Source: an uncultured Acidobacteriota bacterium
GTDB taxonomy: Bacteria; Acidobacteriota; Vicinamibacteria; Fen-336
Assembly (NCBI GenBank): GCA_963703985.1
Contig: CAVPGH010000001.1
Location: 961,713 to 1,025,712 of the forward strand
DNA length: 64,000 nt
Reading direction: 5' to 3'
Shown here: positions 1 through 10,133 of the stretch, piece after piece
How the letters are laid out: the number at the start of each line of letters is the position of its first letter
Position numbering within the stretch: the first letter of the stretch is position 1
The notes under the pieces: generated by a model
Told to the model about the DNA's origin: nothing
Databases searched by the model: none
What the model saw: only the letters and a program-made list of their open reading frames with translations
Program-made: the position numbers and the translations under genes

Positions 1-307
1 GGCCGCGCGCCGAGGAGATCGAGGAATCGGTCGAACTGGCGCTCGCAGCTCCGCTCCGGCATCGCCTTCGGATCGTCGAGGTCCACGAGGCGCTCGGCCT
101 CGTTCGTGAAGTTCACGTGGAGCCCGACGTTGAGCCGCGGCCGCTCCCGCGGCGAGCGCCGACCGCCTCCCGGGCGGCGGAGCCGTTGACGATGAAGGTG
201 GTCGACGTGACGATCCCCGCGCTCGTGGGCCTCGCACGATGCCGCGGTTGATCCCACGGCTGTAGCCGAAGTCGTCGGCGTTGAAGATCAGCGAAGCGGC
301 GGGTCAC
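1..307 (-). pseudogene. YdjC/ChbG-like carbohydrate deacetylase, 5' part only (runs off the window start), frame broken as sequenced
   Basis: The minus strand gives LIFNADDFGYSRGINRGIV, EAHERG and GIVTSTTFIVNGSAAREAV in three different frames. Joined, they reproduce the YdjC N-terminal signature (NADDFG...N.GI.EA...GIVTSTT..VNG, as I recall it from E. coli ChbG). GTG at 307 overlaps the TGA of the upstream gene (GTGA). Confidence 0.55.
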
Positions 308-1492
308 AGGCCGATGTCCTCGAGGAACCGCGGCAGACCCGCGGGGCGTCGAGAGGTGCTCCTCCGCCACCGCCCGGGCCGCGCGGCAGGCCTTCTCGTA
401 GTCCGACTCGACGCTGTCGACGGCGGCGAGGACGTCGTCCATGGTCCGGAAGGCGAACAGCCCCTCGCCGGTGGGAAGGAAGTTCTCGAAGCCCGTGCTC
501 TGCGCGATCACCGGCTTGCCGGTGGCCAGGTAGCAGGCGTCGCGCTCGCTGAACCAGCCGCTGCGCAGCCGCACGTTCTGGTCCTTGGCCACCGTCCACT
601 CCGCCGCGCGAGCGGCGGAAGAACTCCTGGTAGCCGCCAGGGGTCGAGCGACATCTGCGAGGGGGCTCGAGAGCTGCCAGCCGTGTCCGCGAGCAGGCGC
701 GCGATCCGCCTCGTCGTCCACGTTCAGGCACAGCTCGAAGCGAGCGCCGCGGCCGGCGCCGCGGCAGGTCCAGCGAACTTCAGGAACTCGTGGTGCTTGC
801 TCCAGTAGTAGGTCTCGCCGTTCCAGACCACGTCCTGGCCCTTCTGCTTCCAGTTGCCGATCGTCGTGTAGCGCCGGCGCGCCCGGCGTCGAAGGCCATC
901 GGCCAGAGGTCGAGGTCGACGGGCTGACGCGTCTTGAGGTAGCGGAAGCCGTCCAGGGGCACGCCGCAGTCGGGCGTCGCCGTAGTTCTCGCCGTAGGTC
1001 ACGATCGTGTCGTGGGCGGCGAGGACGGCCCGGCGTCTTCTCCTTGCCCGTTCGCGAGCTCGAGCTGGTTCGTGACGGGATCGGTCTCGACGTAGACGCG
1101 CCGGCGCGCGCGCAGGTGGTCGTCGTTGAGCACGGTGGCCCCGCAGATGTTCAGCAGCGCGTCGCAGTCGCGGTAGAGCTCGCGCAGAGACGGCGGCGAG
1201 AAAGGCCGAAGCACGCGTCCTCGCCGCGATAGAGCGCACGGTAGGCCCAGCGCCCCCCGAGGCCGATCCGCTCGAGGACGCGCTCGAGGTAGGCGGCCGC
1301 GTAGGTCGGATCGTCGGTGATCGTGTCGACGCGCGGGTCGTAGGGCCAGGTGGCGTCGTCCTCGACGTAGTAGACGTCGTGGCCGAGGCGGGCGAGGCCC
1401 CGCAGCCAGTTCAGGTAGAGCCAGGTCTGGCCCCCGAAGGGGCAGCGGCCCATCATCCCGAGCACGACGAGCAGACGGCGTTCGCGGCTCAT
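304..1492 (-). pseudogene. GT-B-fold glycosyltransferase-like protein, at least 5 frame changes as sequenced
   Basis: The gene is assembled from ORFs 1151-1492 (MSRERRLLVVLGMMGRCPFGGQTWLYLNWLRGLARLGHDVYYVEDD), 999-1214, 724-1239, 780-962 and 113-721 (GWFSERDACYLATGKPVIAQSTGFENFLPTGEGLFAF...ARAVAEEHL). A last frame ends LPRFLEDIGL-TGA at 304. ATG 1492 overlaps the upstream stop (ATGA). The family assignment is weak. Confidence 0.5.
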
Positions 1493-3343
1493 GAGCGCCT
1501 CAGGCCGTCTCGACGAGGGCGGTGTTCAGGTCGTCGATGCCTTCCGCATGACGCGCGCCAGAGCGGCCGCGTAGGCCCCCCCGCGGGCGAGGAGCTCCGT
1601 CGTGCGTCCCCTGCTCCACGATCGCGCCCGTCGTCGAGCACCACGATCCGGTCGGCCATCCGCGCCGTGCTCAGGCGGTGGGCGATGATGATCGCGGTCT
1701 TGCCCCGGAGCAGCTCCTCGACGTTGCGCCACACCGACGGCCTCGGTGGCGAGGTCGAGCGAGCTCGTGGGCTCGTCGAGGATCACGATCGGGGTCTCGC
1801 GCAGCGAGCGCGCGGGCCAGGGCGAGCCGCTGCCGCTGGCCGCCGGAGAGGTTCACGCCGTCCTCGCCGAGCACGGTGTCGTAGCCCTGGGGCAGCTCGA
1901 GGATGAAGGGCTCGGCCTCCGCCTGCCGCGCCGCCTCGCGGACGCGCTCGAAGGGGACGTCGGCGCCGAAGGCGATGTTCTCCCGCACCGTGGTGTGGAA
2001 GAGGATCGGCTCCTGGAGCATGAGCGTCACCTGCGCGGCGCAGCGAGACGAGCGTCACCTCGCGCAGGTCGTGGCCGTCGATGGTCACGCGACCCTCCTG
2101 CGGATCGAAGAAGCGCAGGACGAGGCTGGCGAGCGTGCTCTTGCCCGCTCCCGTCCTGCCCACGAGCGCCACCTTCTCCCCCGGCTGGATCTCGAGGTCG
2201 ACGCCGCTGGAGCACGGGCGGTCCGGTCGTCGTAGGCGAAGCCCACCTTCTCGAACTGCAGCCGGCCCCGCACCGGCGAGCAGGTCGCGTGCGCTCGGGG
2301 CGTCCTGGATGACGGGCTCCACGTCGAGGACGGAGAAGACGCGCTCGAGGCCCACGCGGGCGGAAGCGATCTCGGCGAGGTGCTGGCTGATCCCCTGGAT
2401 GGGCTGGTAGAGGTCGCGCAGGTACGACGAGGAAGATCGTCAGCTCGCCGATGTGGAGGTGCCCCTCCATGACGCGCAGGGCGCCCAGGAACACGAGGGC
2501 GGCGGTGCCCACGGCGAGGAGCGCGTCCACCACCAGCGCGAACACGGTCTCGAGGCTGTAGAGACGCAGGCTCAGGGCGAGGCTCTTCTCGCTGCCCTGA
2601 CGAAAGTCCGCGATCGCGCGGTCCTCGCGCGCCGTAGGCCTGGACGAGCTTCACCGCGCCGATCGTGGTCTCGGTCCGGACGTAGAGCTCGCTCTCCGCG
2701 GCCTTGGACGCTTCCGCCTCGCTGGTGGATGCGGCGCGAGATCCGGGTGATCGCGAGGTAGAGGGCGGGACACACGAGGAGGGAGACGAGCGACAGCTGC
2801 AGGTCGAAGCTGGCACATCACCGCGAACATCCCGACGAGCATCACCGTCGCGCTCGCGAGGGGCAGCAGGCCGTTCATGACCATGCCCTGCGACCGAGAA
2901 GGTGTCGGCCATGACCCGGAAAAGCAGGTCGCCGCGTCTGCTGCTGGTGGTGGAAGCGGAGGGAGAGCTTCTGCAGGTGGGCGTAGAGCGTCGGTGCGGA
3001 GGTCGTTGACCATCCGCTGGCCGACGTCGATCGTGAGGTAGTTGGAGGCCAGGGTGGAAGCGCCCCGGGCGAGGGTCAGCACGACGATGGCGGCCGCGGC
3101 CAGGGCGAGCAGGCTCAGGGGTGAGAGATGGGCGACGTAGGGGGCGAGGAACTCGGGATGGGGCTTGCTGCCCAGGATGGAGTCGAGCACGACCGCGAGG
3201 GGCAGGGGCTTGAGCAGGTCGAGGCCGATGCCCGCGAGCGTGAGCCCCACGCCCGCGCCGAAACGTCCACGGTGGGGGCGCAGGTAGAGGAGCGTCCGCT
3301 TCAGCAGGGGCAGCGCGGCCCCGAGGTCGTGGCGTTCGCTCAT
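1489..3343 (-). pseudogene. ABC exporter, fused TMD-NBD half-transporter (MsbA/NdvA-like), multiple frame changes as sequenced
   Basis: Fragments join into about 618 aa. They are: MSERHDLGAALPLLKRTLLYLRPHRGRF (TMD, tail of ORF 2651-4390); GEKVALVGRTGAGKSTL (Walker A, ORF 1783-2355); [15 protein letters not shown] (signature, ORF 1671-2030); [11 protein letters not shown] (Walker B, ORF 1526-1786); [11 protein letters not shown] (H-loop, ORF 1489-1734). There are ATGA overlaps at both ends (3340-3343 and 1489-1492). Confidence 0.8.
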
Positions 3344-6158
3344 CGGACGGCGGGGCGCCTCCCGCGCACGAGGGTCGGCGTCCTGGACAGCATTCCGTGG
3401 GCCCACAACCCGAGGGCCCGGGTCGCCCGTACGGGGACGAGCGCCCCCGGCTCCGGCTGCGGGGGGCGCCGGAAGGCCTCGGCATCGCCGACGACACTCA
3501 TGCCCTGGGCCTCGGCCACGCTCAGCACGGCGGCCAGGACCACCGACCGCAGCCGTCGCGCGGAGGCGCCCAGGTGCCAGAAGAACGCAGCCGCGAAGGG
3601 AAGGACGGCGAGGGCACCCGCGGGGGAGATGCCCCCGGCGAGCACGACCGCGTACGCGCTGAAGAAGATCGCGGCCTTCTGGTAGAGCGTGGGAGCGGGG
3701 AGCAGGCGGGCACGGGTGAGCCGGCGGCCGCCCCCGTGGTTCTCGGTGACGGTGACGAGGTCGGCCTTGCACCACCGGTCGCCGTAGAAGCGGACGTCGT
3801 GGGTCTCCCAGCCGGAGTCGACGCGCACGAACCAGCGGTGTCGCGCGGCGAGGGCGAGGAGCTCCTTGAGAAGGGACTCGCGGTCCACCGCGTCCTCGCT
3901 CCACAGGTGGATCTCGCTCCCGCGCAGGAGGGTGGCCGGCCCGGCGCTCCCAGGCCCGACGCAGGTCGTGCAGCGCCTCCGGGATCTCGATGGTCAGGAA
4001 GCGCGTCTTGTACCGCGCCCAGCCGCGCTCCACGGGCTGGGCCACGTGCATGGCCGCGATGAGGAGCCGCGACCACCACCGGCGCTGGGGAACGGGGGGC
4101 TGGCCTGGCCCGCCACCAGGAAGGCGATGGCCGCCGTCGCCCCCAGCATCAGCACGGGAAGGACGAGGAAGGGATTGGCGAAAGGCGAGAAGGCCCAGGG
4201 GCCGAGGATCCCGGTTCGGGCGGCCGCGGTCAGGGGGTTCCAGACGGGTGCCAGTCCCAGCATCAGGCAGACGAGCGACCACCACTCGAGGCTCAGGACG
4301 AGGAGAGGCCACCACACCTGGGGCGCGGCGTAGATGGTCTGGAACATCCCCGCCCCGAACACCCCGTGAGTGGACGATGGGCTTGCCCACGTTGAGGCCC
4401 AGGCCCGCGCGCGTGTAGATGCGGCCGAGCCAGGAGAGGTCGAGCGCGGAAGCCCCGGAACTTCTCCGGGTGCTTCCGCTTCAGCAGGCGCCTCCGCCTC
4501 GCCGTAGCCCCGCTGCTGCTTGAGGTAGGCGGCCGACGGTGGCGCGTCGGTGGTGCCAGACCATTGCCGCGGGGGCGTAGACGATCTTCTCGCCCTCCGC
4601 CTGCAGCCGCCAGCAGACGTCCACGTCGTCGCCCGCCTTGGTGTAGACGGGGTCGAAGCCGCCGATGGCGCGCAGCCGGTCCGCCCAGAACGCCATGTTG
4701 CAGCCGGGCACGTGCTCGGCCACGTTGTCGTCGATCAGGATGTGGGCGGGGGTGCCCGGGCTGGCGGAGACGCAGGCCGCGACCGGACCGTCGTCCGTGG
4801 GCAGGAGGTTCGGCCCGCCCACGCCCGGAGGCATCGGTCTCGAGGAGCTTGGCCACCAGGAAGTAGAGCCAGTCCGGGTCGGCGAAGCAGTCGTCGTCGG
4901 TGTAGGCGATGATCTCGCCCTTCGCCAGGTCCATCCCCACGTTGCGGGCCACGCTCAGGCCGCGGTTCGGCTGCTCGTGGTAGCGGATGTAGGGGTAGCG
5001 GGCGGCGATCTCCGGGACCGCGTCGGTGGAGCCGTCGTTGACGAGGATCGACCTCGTAGTCCGGGTAGTTGAGCGTCTGCAGCGAGCGCAGGCAGCCGTC
5101 GAGCGTCTTCGAGCCGTTGTAGCTGCAGACCACCACCGAGACCTTGGGGTAGCGCGAAAGCGCGGGGAGCGGGCTCGCGCGCGGAAGATCTCGGCCACGC
5201 GGTGGAAGGCGGGCTTGGGCGAGCGATCCCGGCGGACGAGGCCGAACGCCCAGTCCGTGATCGGGTGGCCGCCCGTGAACCACTCGTCGGTGTAGGAGAA
5301 GACGCAGGTGCCGGCGAGCCCGCAGCGGAAGACCTCCTCGAGGTGCATGCCCACGAGGTCGGCCTGCTCGTCCTCACCGTTGCGGAGCGAGTCGATCCCG
5401 TACTCGCCGAGGACGAGCGGCTTCTCGTCGGCCTGGTTCTGCAGCCGCTGGAGGTAGGCGCGGAACTTCTCGCGGCGGTGCAGGTAGACGTTCAGGGTGT
5501 AGAAGTCGACGGACCGCGGGTGGAGGTACTCGGTGGGGGGGAAGCTCGCGAAGGTCACGAGCGCCTCCGGGTCTTCTTGCCGGGCCACGTCCACGAGCTC
5601 GTCGATGAAGCGCTCCACACGCGCCGGGCCCTGCCAGCGCACGACGTCGGCGGGCACCTCGTTCACGACGCTGAGCGCGAAGAGAGCCGGGTGATCCCGG
5701 CACACCCGCGCCGCCTCGCGCACGGCCCGCCGGCCGCTCTCCTGGTCTTCGCGGCTGTCGAGGAAGCAGCGGTGCTTCGACCACGGCACGTCGACGAGCA
5801 CCTTCAGGCCGAAGGCGTGCGCAGTGTCCAGGAACTCGCGGGGCGGGACGTGGTAGACGCGAAGCGTGTTCGCGCCCAGGCCGCGAATCAGCCGGAGGTC
5901 GTTCTCGAGCGTGTGCTGGTCGGGTAGCGCCACCCCGGTCTCGGGGTGCGGAGTGAACGGGCCGTAGGTCACCCCCTTGACCCAGAACTTCTCGCCCCCC
6001 AGGCGGAAGAACTTCCCGTCGAGTTGGACGCGGCCTGGACGGTGCGCGCGGGCCGCGCCGACCCCCGCCCCTGCCCCGCCTGGGGCATCGCGGTGTACCA
6101 AACGGTGCAGGCCAGGGGTACTGCCAGCGGGGTCCTCGTATCGCCTCGGTGTCAGCAC
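3340..6158 (-). pseudogene. Tri-domain protein: clan GH-A-like TIM-barrel glycosidase domain + family-2 glycosyltransferase + C-terminal multi-pass membrane domain; multiple frame changes as sequenced
   Basis: ORF 4293-6344 carries FWVKGVTYGPF, LRVYH, VVNEVP and LGEYG (NE / E catalytic pattern). The GT2 motifs VSVVVCSYNG, ILVNDGSTD, AYTDDDCFADPDW, GCNMAF and AGDDVDVCWRL are spread over ORFs 4735-5283, 4293-6344 and 4481-4834. Hydrophobic helices lie in ORFs 3994-4362 and 3340-3888. The start is uncertain: GTG 6158, or an ATG near 6087 in a shifted frame. Confidence 0.7.
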
Positions 6159-6405
6159 CAGGTTGAGCAAGGTCAATTCCCTCCGTGGCTTAGCTGCGCC
6201 GCCGGTGGCGTCTACGGAACGCCGCCAAGACGCCTCTTTGCTGTCACACAGCCAAGCCCCATACATAAAGGCAATTTCGAGGCCGGGCTTGTGGGGGAAC
6301 GTGGCGATGAAGGTCGCGGGCGCCGCGCCCATCCCCGTGCGCACGACGACTGCGCGGGAGGGAGCGGCGCCCGGAGAGTGTGGCGGGATGGGACCGGCGG
6401 GCCGG

Positions 6406-7074
6406 CTACGGCGTCATCGAGGCGACGTAGTCGCCGAACATCTTGTTCACGCCGTCGATCTTGCCGAGAAGGGTCTTGGCGCGGGTGTTGAACTTGGCCG
6501 CATCCGGCTTGAGGCTGGCGATCGCGCTCGCGTTCAGGTCGTTGCCGAGGTAGGTCGTCTGGTTCTTGAGGTCGGTCATGAGCGTGTCGAACGTCTGTCG
6601 CGTGTCCTTGCCCGCGGCGGCGATCTTCTGGAAGCGCGCCTGGGCGTCGGCCAGCCGCTCCTCGCTCCGCTTGCGGAGGGCGGGGTCCGTGATCGCGGCC
6701 GTGCTCTCCTTCCAGGAGGCGAAGGTGCGCTCGGCCTCCGCGTTCATCTCGTCGACCTTCAGCCGCGCCTGCTCGACCTTCTTCTCGCTCTCGGTGATGT
6801 CCTTGCCGAGACCCTTGTAGGCGTCCTTCGTGTCCTTCGCCGTCTGGTCCATGATGGAGTTGTAGCCCGCCACCGTCTTCTCCAGCTGCTGACGCGAGGC
6901 GTCGATGCTCTTGACCGTGCTGTCCACGGTCTTCACGAGCTTGGCCGTCTGGTCCGGTCCGCCCTGGGCGAGGGCGGAGGGGATCGCGACGAGCGCGAGC
7001 AGAAAAGCGGCGAGGGCGAGGCCCACCGCCGTGGGCGTATGAGGGGAATGCATCGAAACAGCTTTCTGGTTCAT
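6406..7074 (-). CDS. Secreted coiled-coil protein, DUF2959-like
   Basis: Intact 222-aa ORF with a signal peptide (LLALVAIPSALA-QG) and heptad-rich sequence. YLGNDLNASAIASLK resembles the LKHNLNAQAIASL stretch I associate with DUF2959. The function is unknown. Confidence 0.8.
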   Translation of the reverse strand: MNQKAVSMHSPHTPTAVGLALAAFLLALVAIPSALAQGGPDQTAKLVKTVDSTVKSIDASRQQLEKTVAGYNSIMDQTAKDTKDAYKGLGKDITESEKKVEQARLKVDEMNAEAERTFASWKESTAAITDPALRKRSEERLADAQARFQKIAAAGKDTRQTFDTLMTDLKNQTTYLGNDLNASAIASLKPDAAKFNTRAKTLLGKIDGVNKMFGDYVASMTP

Positions 7075-7172
7075 CTCGGTACCTTCACTAGTTGTCTCCA
7101 GTGGAGAGCCTGCGGAGCCGGCGACAGGGGCTTGGCCCCGTCCGGCAGAATGCGGAACGACGAAGCTCCAGG

Positions 7173-8579
7173 CTACATCCCGGCGCGGGCCGAGTCAAGG
7201 CCGGAGCCCTGGTGGTGGGACCACCCCGCTCCGCGCGACGCGATCTTGGCGGGAGTCGCGATCGCGTAGAGGTGGGTTCGGGTACGGACGAAGAGCGTGC
7301 CGCGCGAGATGGCGGGGGTGGCGAAGACCGTCTCCCCCATGTCGTTCCGGGCGAGCACGTCGAAGGTCCGGCCCGCGCGGAGGACGATCATCTGTCCCTC
7401 CTCCCCCGCGAGGTAGACCTTGCCGTCGCTCGCCACCGGAGAGGCGCTGTGGGTGGTGCCCGTCCGCTCCCGGTAGACGAGCGCGCCCGTCTTGACGTCG
7501 TAGACGCAGAGGATGCCCTCGTCGCGCACGGCATAGAGTAGATCGCGATAGGCGAGGGGCGTCGTGGTGTAGGGCCCGCCCGGCTCGGTGCGCCAGGCCA
7601 GGAAGGGGCCGGTCCGCGCGTCCTCGGCCACGGAGACGTCGCCCGTGGCTCCCGCCCGGATCGCGAATAGCGGACGGCCGCGGTAGCCTCCCGCGAAGAT
7701 CACGAGGTCCTCGCTCGCGAAGGGAGTGGGAGTCTTCACTTCCGCCACGTCCTTGAAGCGCCAGAGCTCCTGGCCCGTGCGGGGGTCGTACCCGCGCACG
7801 TGGTATCCGCCGACCACGACGAGCTCGGGGCGACCGCCCGCCGCGAGCAGGGTGGGGGTGGCCCACACCGGGCGCTCGTCCCGCGCCACTCTCCAGGCCT
7901 GCTTGCCGCTCGCGAGGTCGTAGGCCGCGAGGAAGGAATCACGGTGCCGGTCCACCTGGACGATCGCGAGGCCCTCGAAGATGACGGGGGAGCTCGCGTG
8001 TCCCCATTCCGATTGCGGGTCGCCGAAGAGCCCGGGGTTGAGCACGCCCAGGTCGACGCGCCAGAGCGGCTTGCCCTCCAGGTCGAAGGCGGCCAGTCCT
8101 TCGGATGCGAACATCGCCACCACCGTCTTGCCATCCGTGACGGGGGTGGCGTTGGCCTGGCTGGATTTCACGTGACGCCGTGCCCGCGGCCGGCCCGAGT
8201 AGACCTCGCGGTCCCAGAGCACCCTTCCGTCGCCCGCGTCCAGGCAGAGGATCCGCCAGGACACGGGCGCGCGGTCGTCCGCGAGGTCGATGCCTCCCTT
8301 GTCGCCCAGCACGAGCGACGGCGGGTCCGCGGCCACCGCGGTCGTGACGAAGACACGGTCGCCCCAGACGATCGGGCTCGAGTGGCCGACGCCCGGGAGC
8401 GCCTGCTTCCACCGGACGTTCCGCGAGGAGGGGAGGTCCCATTCGGCGGGCAGCTCCTGGCCGTCGACCACGCCCCGTGCCTCCGGCCCTCGGAACGACG
8501 GCCAGTCCTGTCCGGCGGGGACGAGAGCTGCTCCGAGGAGGAGAGTGAGGGGGGTCAGGAAGCGGGTGTCAGCGGACAT
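7173..8579 (-). CDS. PQQ-like beta-propeller repeat protein (BamB-like fold), secreted
   Basis: Intact 468-aa ORF with a signal peptide. It has repeated motifs typical of PQQ/BamB-type propeller blades: W-x-x / SSP-V / G-x-V-Y (DWPSFRG, HSSPIVWGDRVFV, GRVLWDRE, GKPLWRVD, GKQAWRV, GQELWRF). Confidence 0.85.
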   Translation of the reverse strand: MSADTRFLTPLTLLLGAALVPAGQDWPSFRGPEARGVVDGQELPAEWDLPSSRNVRWKQALPGVGHSSPIVWGDRVFVTTAVAADPPSLVLGDKGGIDLADDRAPVSWRILCLDAGDGRVLWDREVYSGRPRARRHVKSSQANATPVTDGKTVVAMFASEGLAAFDLEGKPLWRVDLGVLNPGLFGDPQSEWGHASSPVIFEGLAIVQVDRHRDSFLAAYDLASGKQAWRVARDERPVWATPTLLAAGGRPELVVVGGYHVRGYDPRTGQELWRFKDVAEVKTPTPFASEDLVIFAGGYRGRPLFAIRAGATGDVSVAEDARTGPFLAWRTEPGGPYTTTPLAYRDLLYAVRDEGILCVYDVKTGALVYRERTGTTHSASPVASDGKVYLAGEEGQMIVLRAGRTFDVLARNDMGETVFATPAISRGTLFVRTRTHLYAIATPAKIASRGAGWSHHQGSGLDSARAGM

Positions 8580-8637
8580 ACCTTGTTTTCCTCGTGTCGG
8601 CAGCGCCCCTGGGCATTGTGGGCCCAGACGATCCCAG

Positions 8638-8683
8638 GTTCAGCGCCCGTTACACGATTTCACTCGGGTCCAGGGCGCTGAAC
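8638..8683 (-). terminator. Perfect 11-bp inverted repeat 5 nt after the DinB-family stop codon (possible terminator or attenuator)
   Basis: GTTCAGCGCCC (8638-8648) pairs with GGGCGCTGAAC (8673-8683), leaving a 24-nt loop. There is no U-tract, so the function is inferred from position only. Confidence 0.35.
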
Positions 8684-8687
8684 GGAG

Positions 8688-9182
8688 TCAGTCGAACTCG
8701 AGCCGCGGCGCGGCCTGCTCCGGTCCCACCCGGCCCACGAGGATCTCGGCCTTGAAGTAGTTCTCGCCCTTCACCGCCGACCCCGCCATTCGCCGGAGCA
8801 GGTTGATCTGGCCGACGTGGTTGATGGCGTCCGCAACCGGGCCCTGGAAGAGGCCCTCGGCGGCGGAGAGCAGGGGCGCGGTCGAGGCGAGGTACGCGTC
8901 GAAGGCGGTGAGCCCGGCCTGGAAGCGCTGGACGTCCTCGTCCCACGACTGCGGGGGCAGCGGCCGCCATTCGCGGCGTCCCTGGGCAAGGGCGAGCGCC
9001 CAGTCGAGGAGATCGCCGATGTGGGCGAGGATCTCGCCGGGGGTGCGGGTCGTGGCCGAGGCGCGGAACCCGGAGAACCCCGCGGGCGCGCCCCGAACCG
9101 CCTTCCCTCCGCGGTAGGCGAGGGTGGCCACGGTGTGGCGGAGCATCTCGCGCTTGCCGGGCGACTCGGAATCCATGGGCAC
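8688..9182 (-). CDS. DinB-family (four-helix-bundle, metal-binding) protein
   Basis: Intact 164-aa ORF. LRHTVATLAYRG, GEILAHIGDLL and ADAINHVGQINLLRR fit the spaced-His DinB/YfiT-like pattern. Confidence 0.7.
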   Translation of the reverse strand: MPMDSESPGKREMLRHTVATLAYRGGKAVRGAPAGFSGFRASATTRTPGEILAHIGDLLDWALALAQGRREWRPLPPQSWDEDVQRFQAGLTAFDAYLASTAPLLSAAEGLFQGPVADAINHVGQINLLRRMAGSAVKGENYFKAEILVGRVGPEQAAPRLEFD

Positions 9183-9261
9183 TCCTTTCGAACGCCGTCG
9201 AGCTTACCGCGATTGGGCCGGCCCGGAGGCGAAGGGGAACGATACAATCCACGGCGACCCG

Positions 9262-10011
9262 ATGGCTCCCCCCCCGGCAACCCGCCTCCTTCTCCTGAGC
9301 AGCTCGAGGGTGGCCGGACTCGGCTACCTCGAGTATGCCCGCTCCGCCATCGCGGATTTTCTCGGGCCCGGGGTGAAACGGGCCCTGTTCGTGCCCTACG
9401 CGATCGTCACGAAGAGCTACGACGCCTACCTGGACCTGGTTCGGCCCGCGTTTCGCGAGCTCGGTGTTGCGGTCGAGAGCATCCACGCGTCCGAATTCCC
9501 CTCGGAGGCCGTGGAGCGCGCGCTCGCGATCGTGGTGGGAGGCGGGAACACGTGGCGGCTCGTGCGCGAGCTGCACGCCGGGACCCTCATGGGTCCCCTA
9601 CGCGAGGCCGTGCGACGGGGGACACCGTACGTGGGCTGGAGCGCGGGGTCCAACGTGGCCTGCCCGACCTTCCAGACCACCAACGACATGCCCGTCTGCG
9701 ACCCGCTGGGCTTCGACACCCTGGGCCTCGTGCCGTTCCAGATCAACCCGCACTACCTGCACGGAAACCCGCCGGGATTCCAGGGCGAGACGCGCGAGGA
9801 ACGGATACGCGAGTACCTGGAGCTGCATCCCGCCGTCTGGGTGGTGGGCCTGCGCGAGGGCACGATGCTGCGGGTGGAGTCCGACTCGATCCGCCTGATC
9901 GGGGAGGGCCCCTGCCGCGTGTTCCGGAAGGGCGAAGAGCCCCGAGAGCTGGGCGCGGGGGACGATCTCCGGTTCCTGCTGGGAGCCGTGCCGGGGACGG
10001 GCCTCCGATAG
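9262..10011 (+). CDS. pepE: Dipeptidase E (peptidase S51)
   Basis: The ATG at 9262 lies inside ORF 9124-10011. Motifs: IVVGGGNTWRL, VGWSAGSNV (Ser nucleophile) and QINPHY (His). A TACAAT box at 9243-9248 sits just upstream. Confidence 0.8.
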   Translation: MAPPPATRLLLLSSSRVAGLGYLEYARSAIADFLGPGVKRALFVPYAIVTKSYDAYLDLVRPAFRELGVAVESIHASEFPSEAVERALAIVVGGGNTWRLVRELHAGTLMGPLREAVRRGTPYVGWSAGSNVACPTFQTTNDMPVCDPLGFDTLGLVPFQINPHYLHGNPPGFQGETREERIREYLELHPAVWVVGLREGTMLRVESDSIRLIGEGPCRVFRKGEEPRELGAGDDLRFLLGAVPGTGLR

Positions 10012-10133
10012 ACCGCCAACACCCCCCGCATACGACCTTCCGCCATTGGACTTTGGTCTTATGGCGCGACCCGTGGCGATGAGCCTACGATTTCGCGTAC
10101 GACGTAGGGGCATGACGATGGAGGAATGGATTC

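Noticed and set aside
7119-7146. Bulged GC hairpin (GACAGGGGC-ttg-GCCCCGTC) downstream of the propeller gene, and a 6-bp hairpin at 31310-31324 downstream of lipoprotein copy 2.
   Set aside because: The stems are short or imperfect with no U-tract. They are plausible terminators but too weak to list as features.
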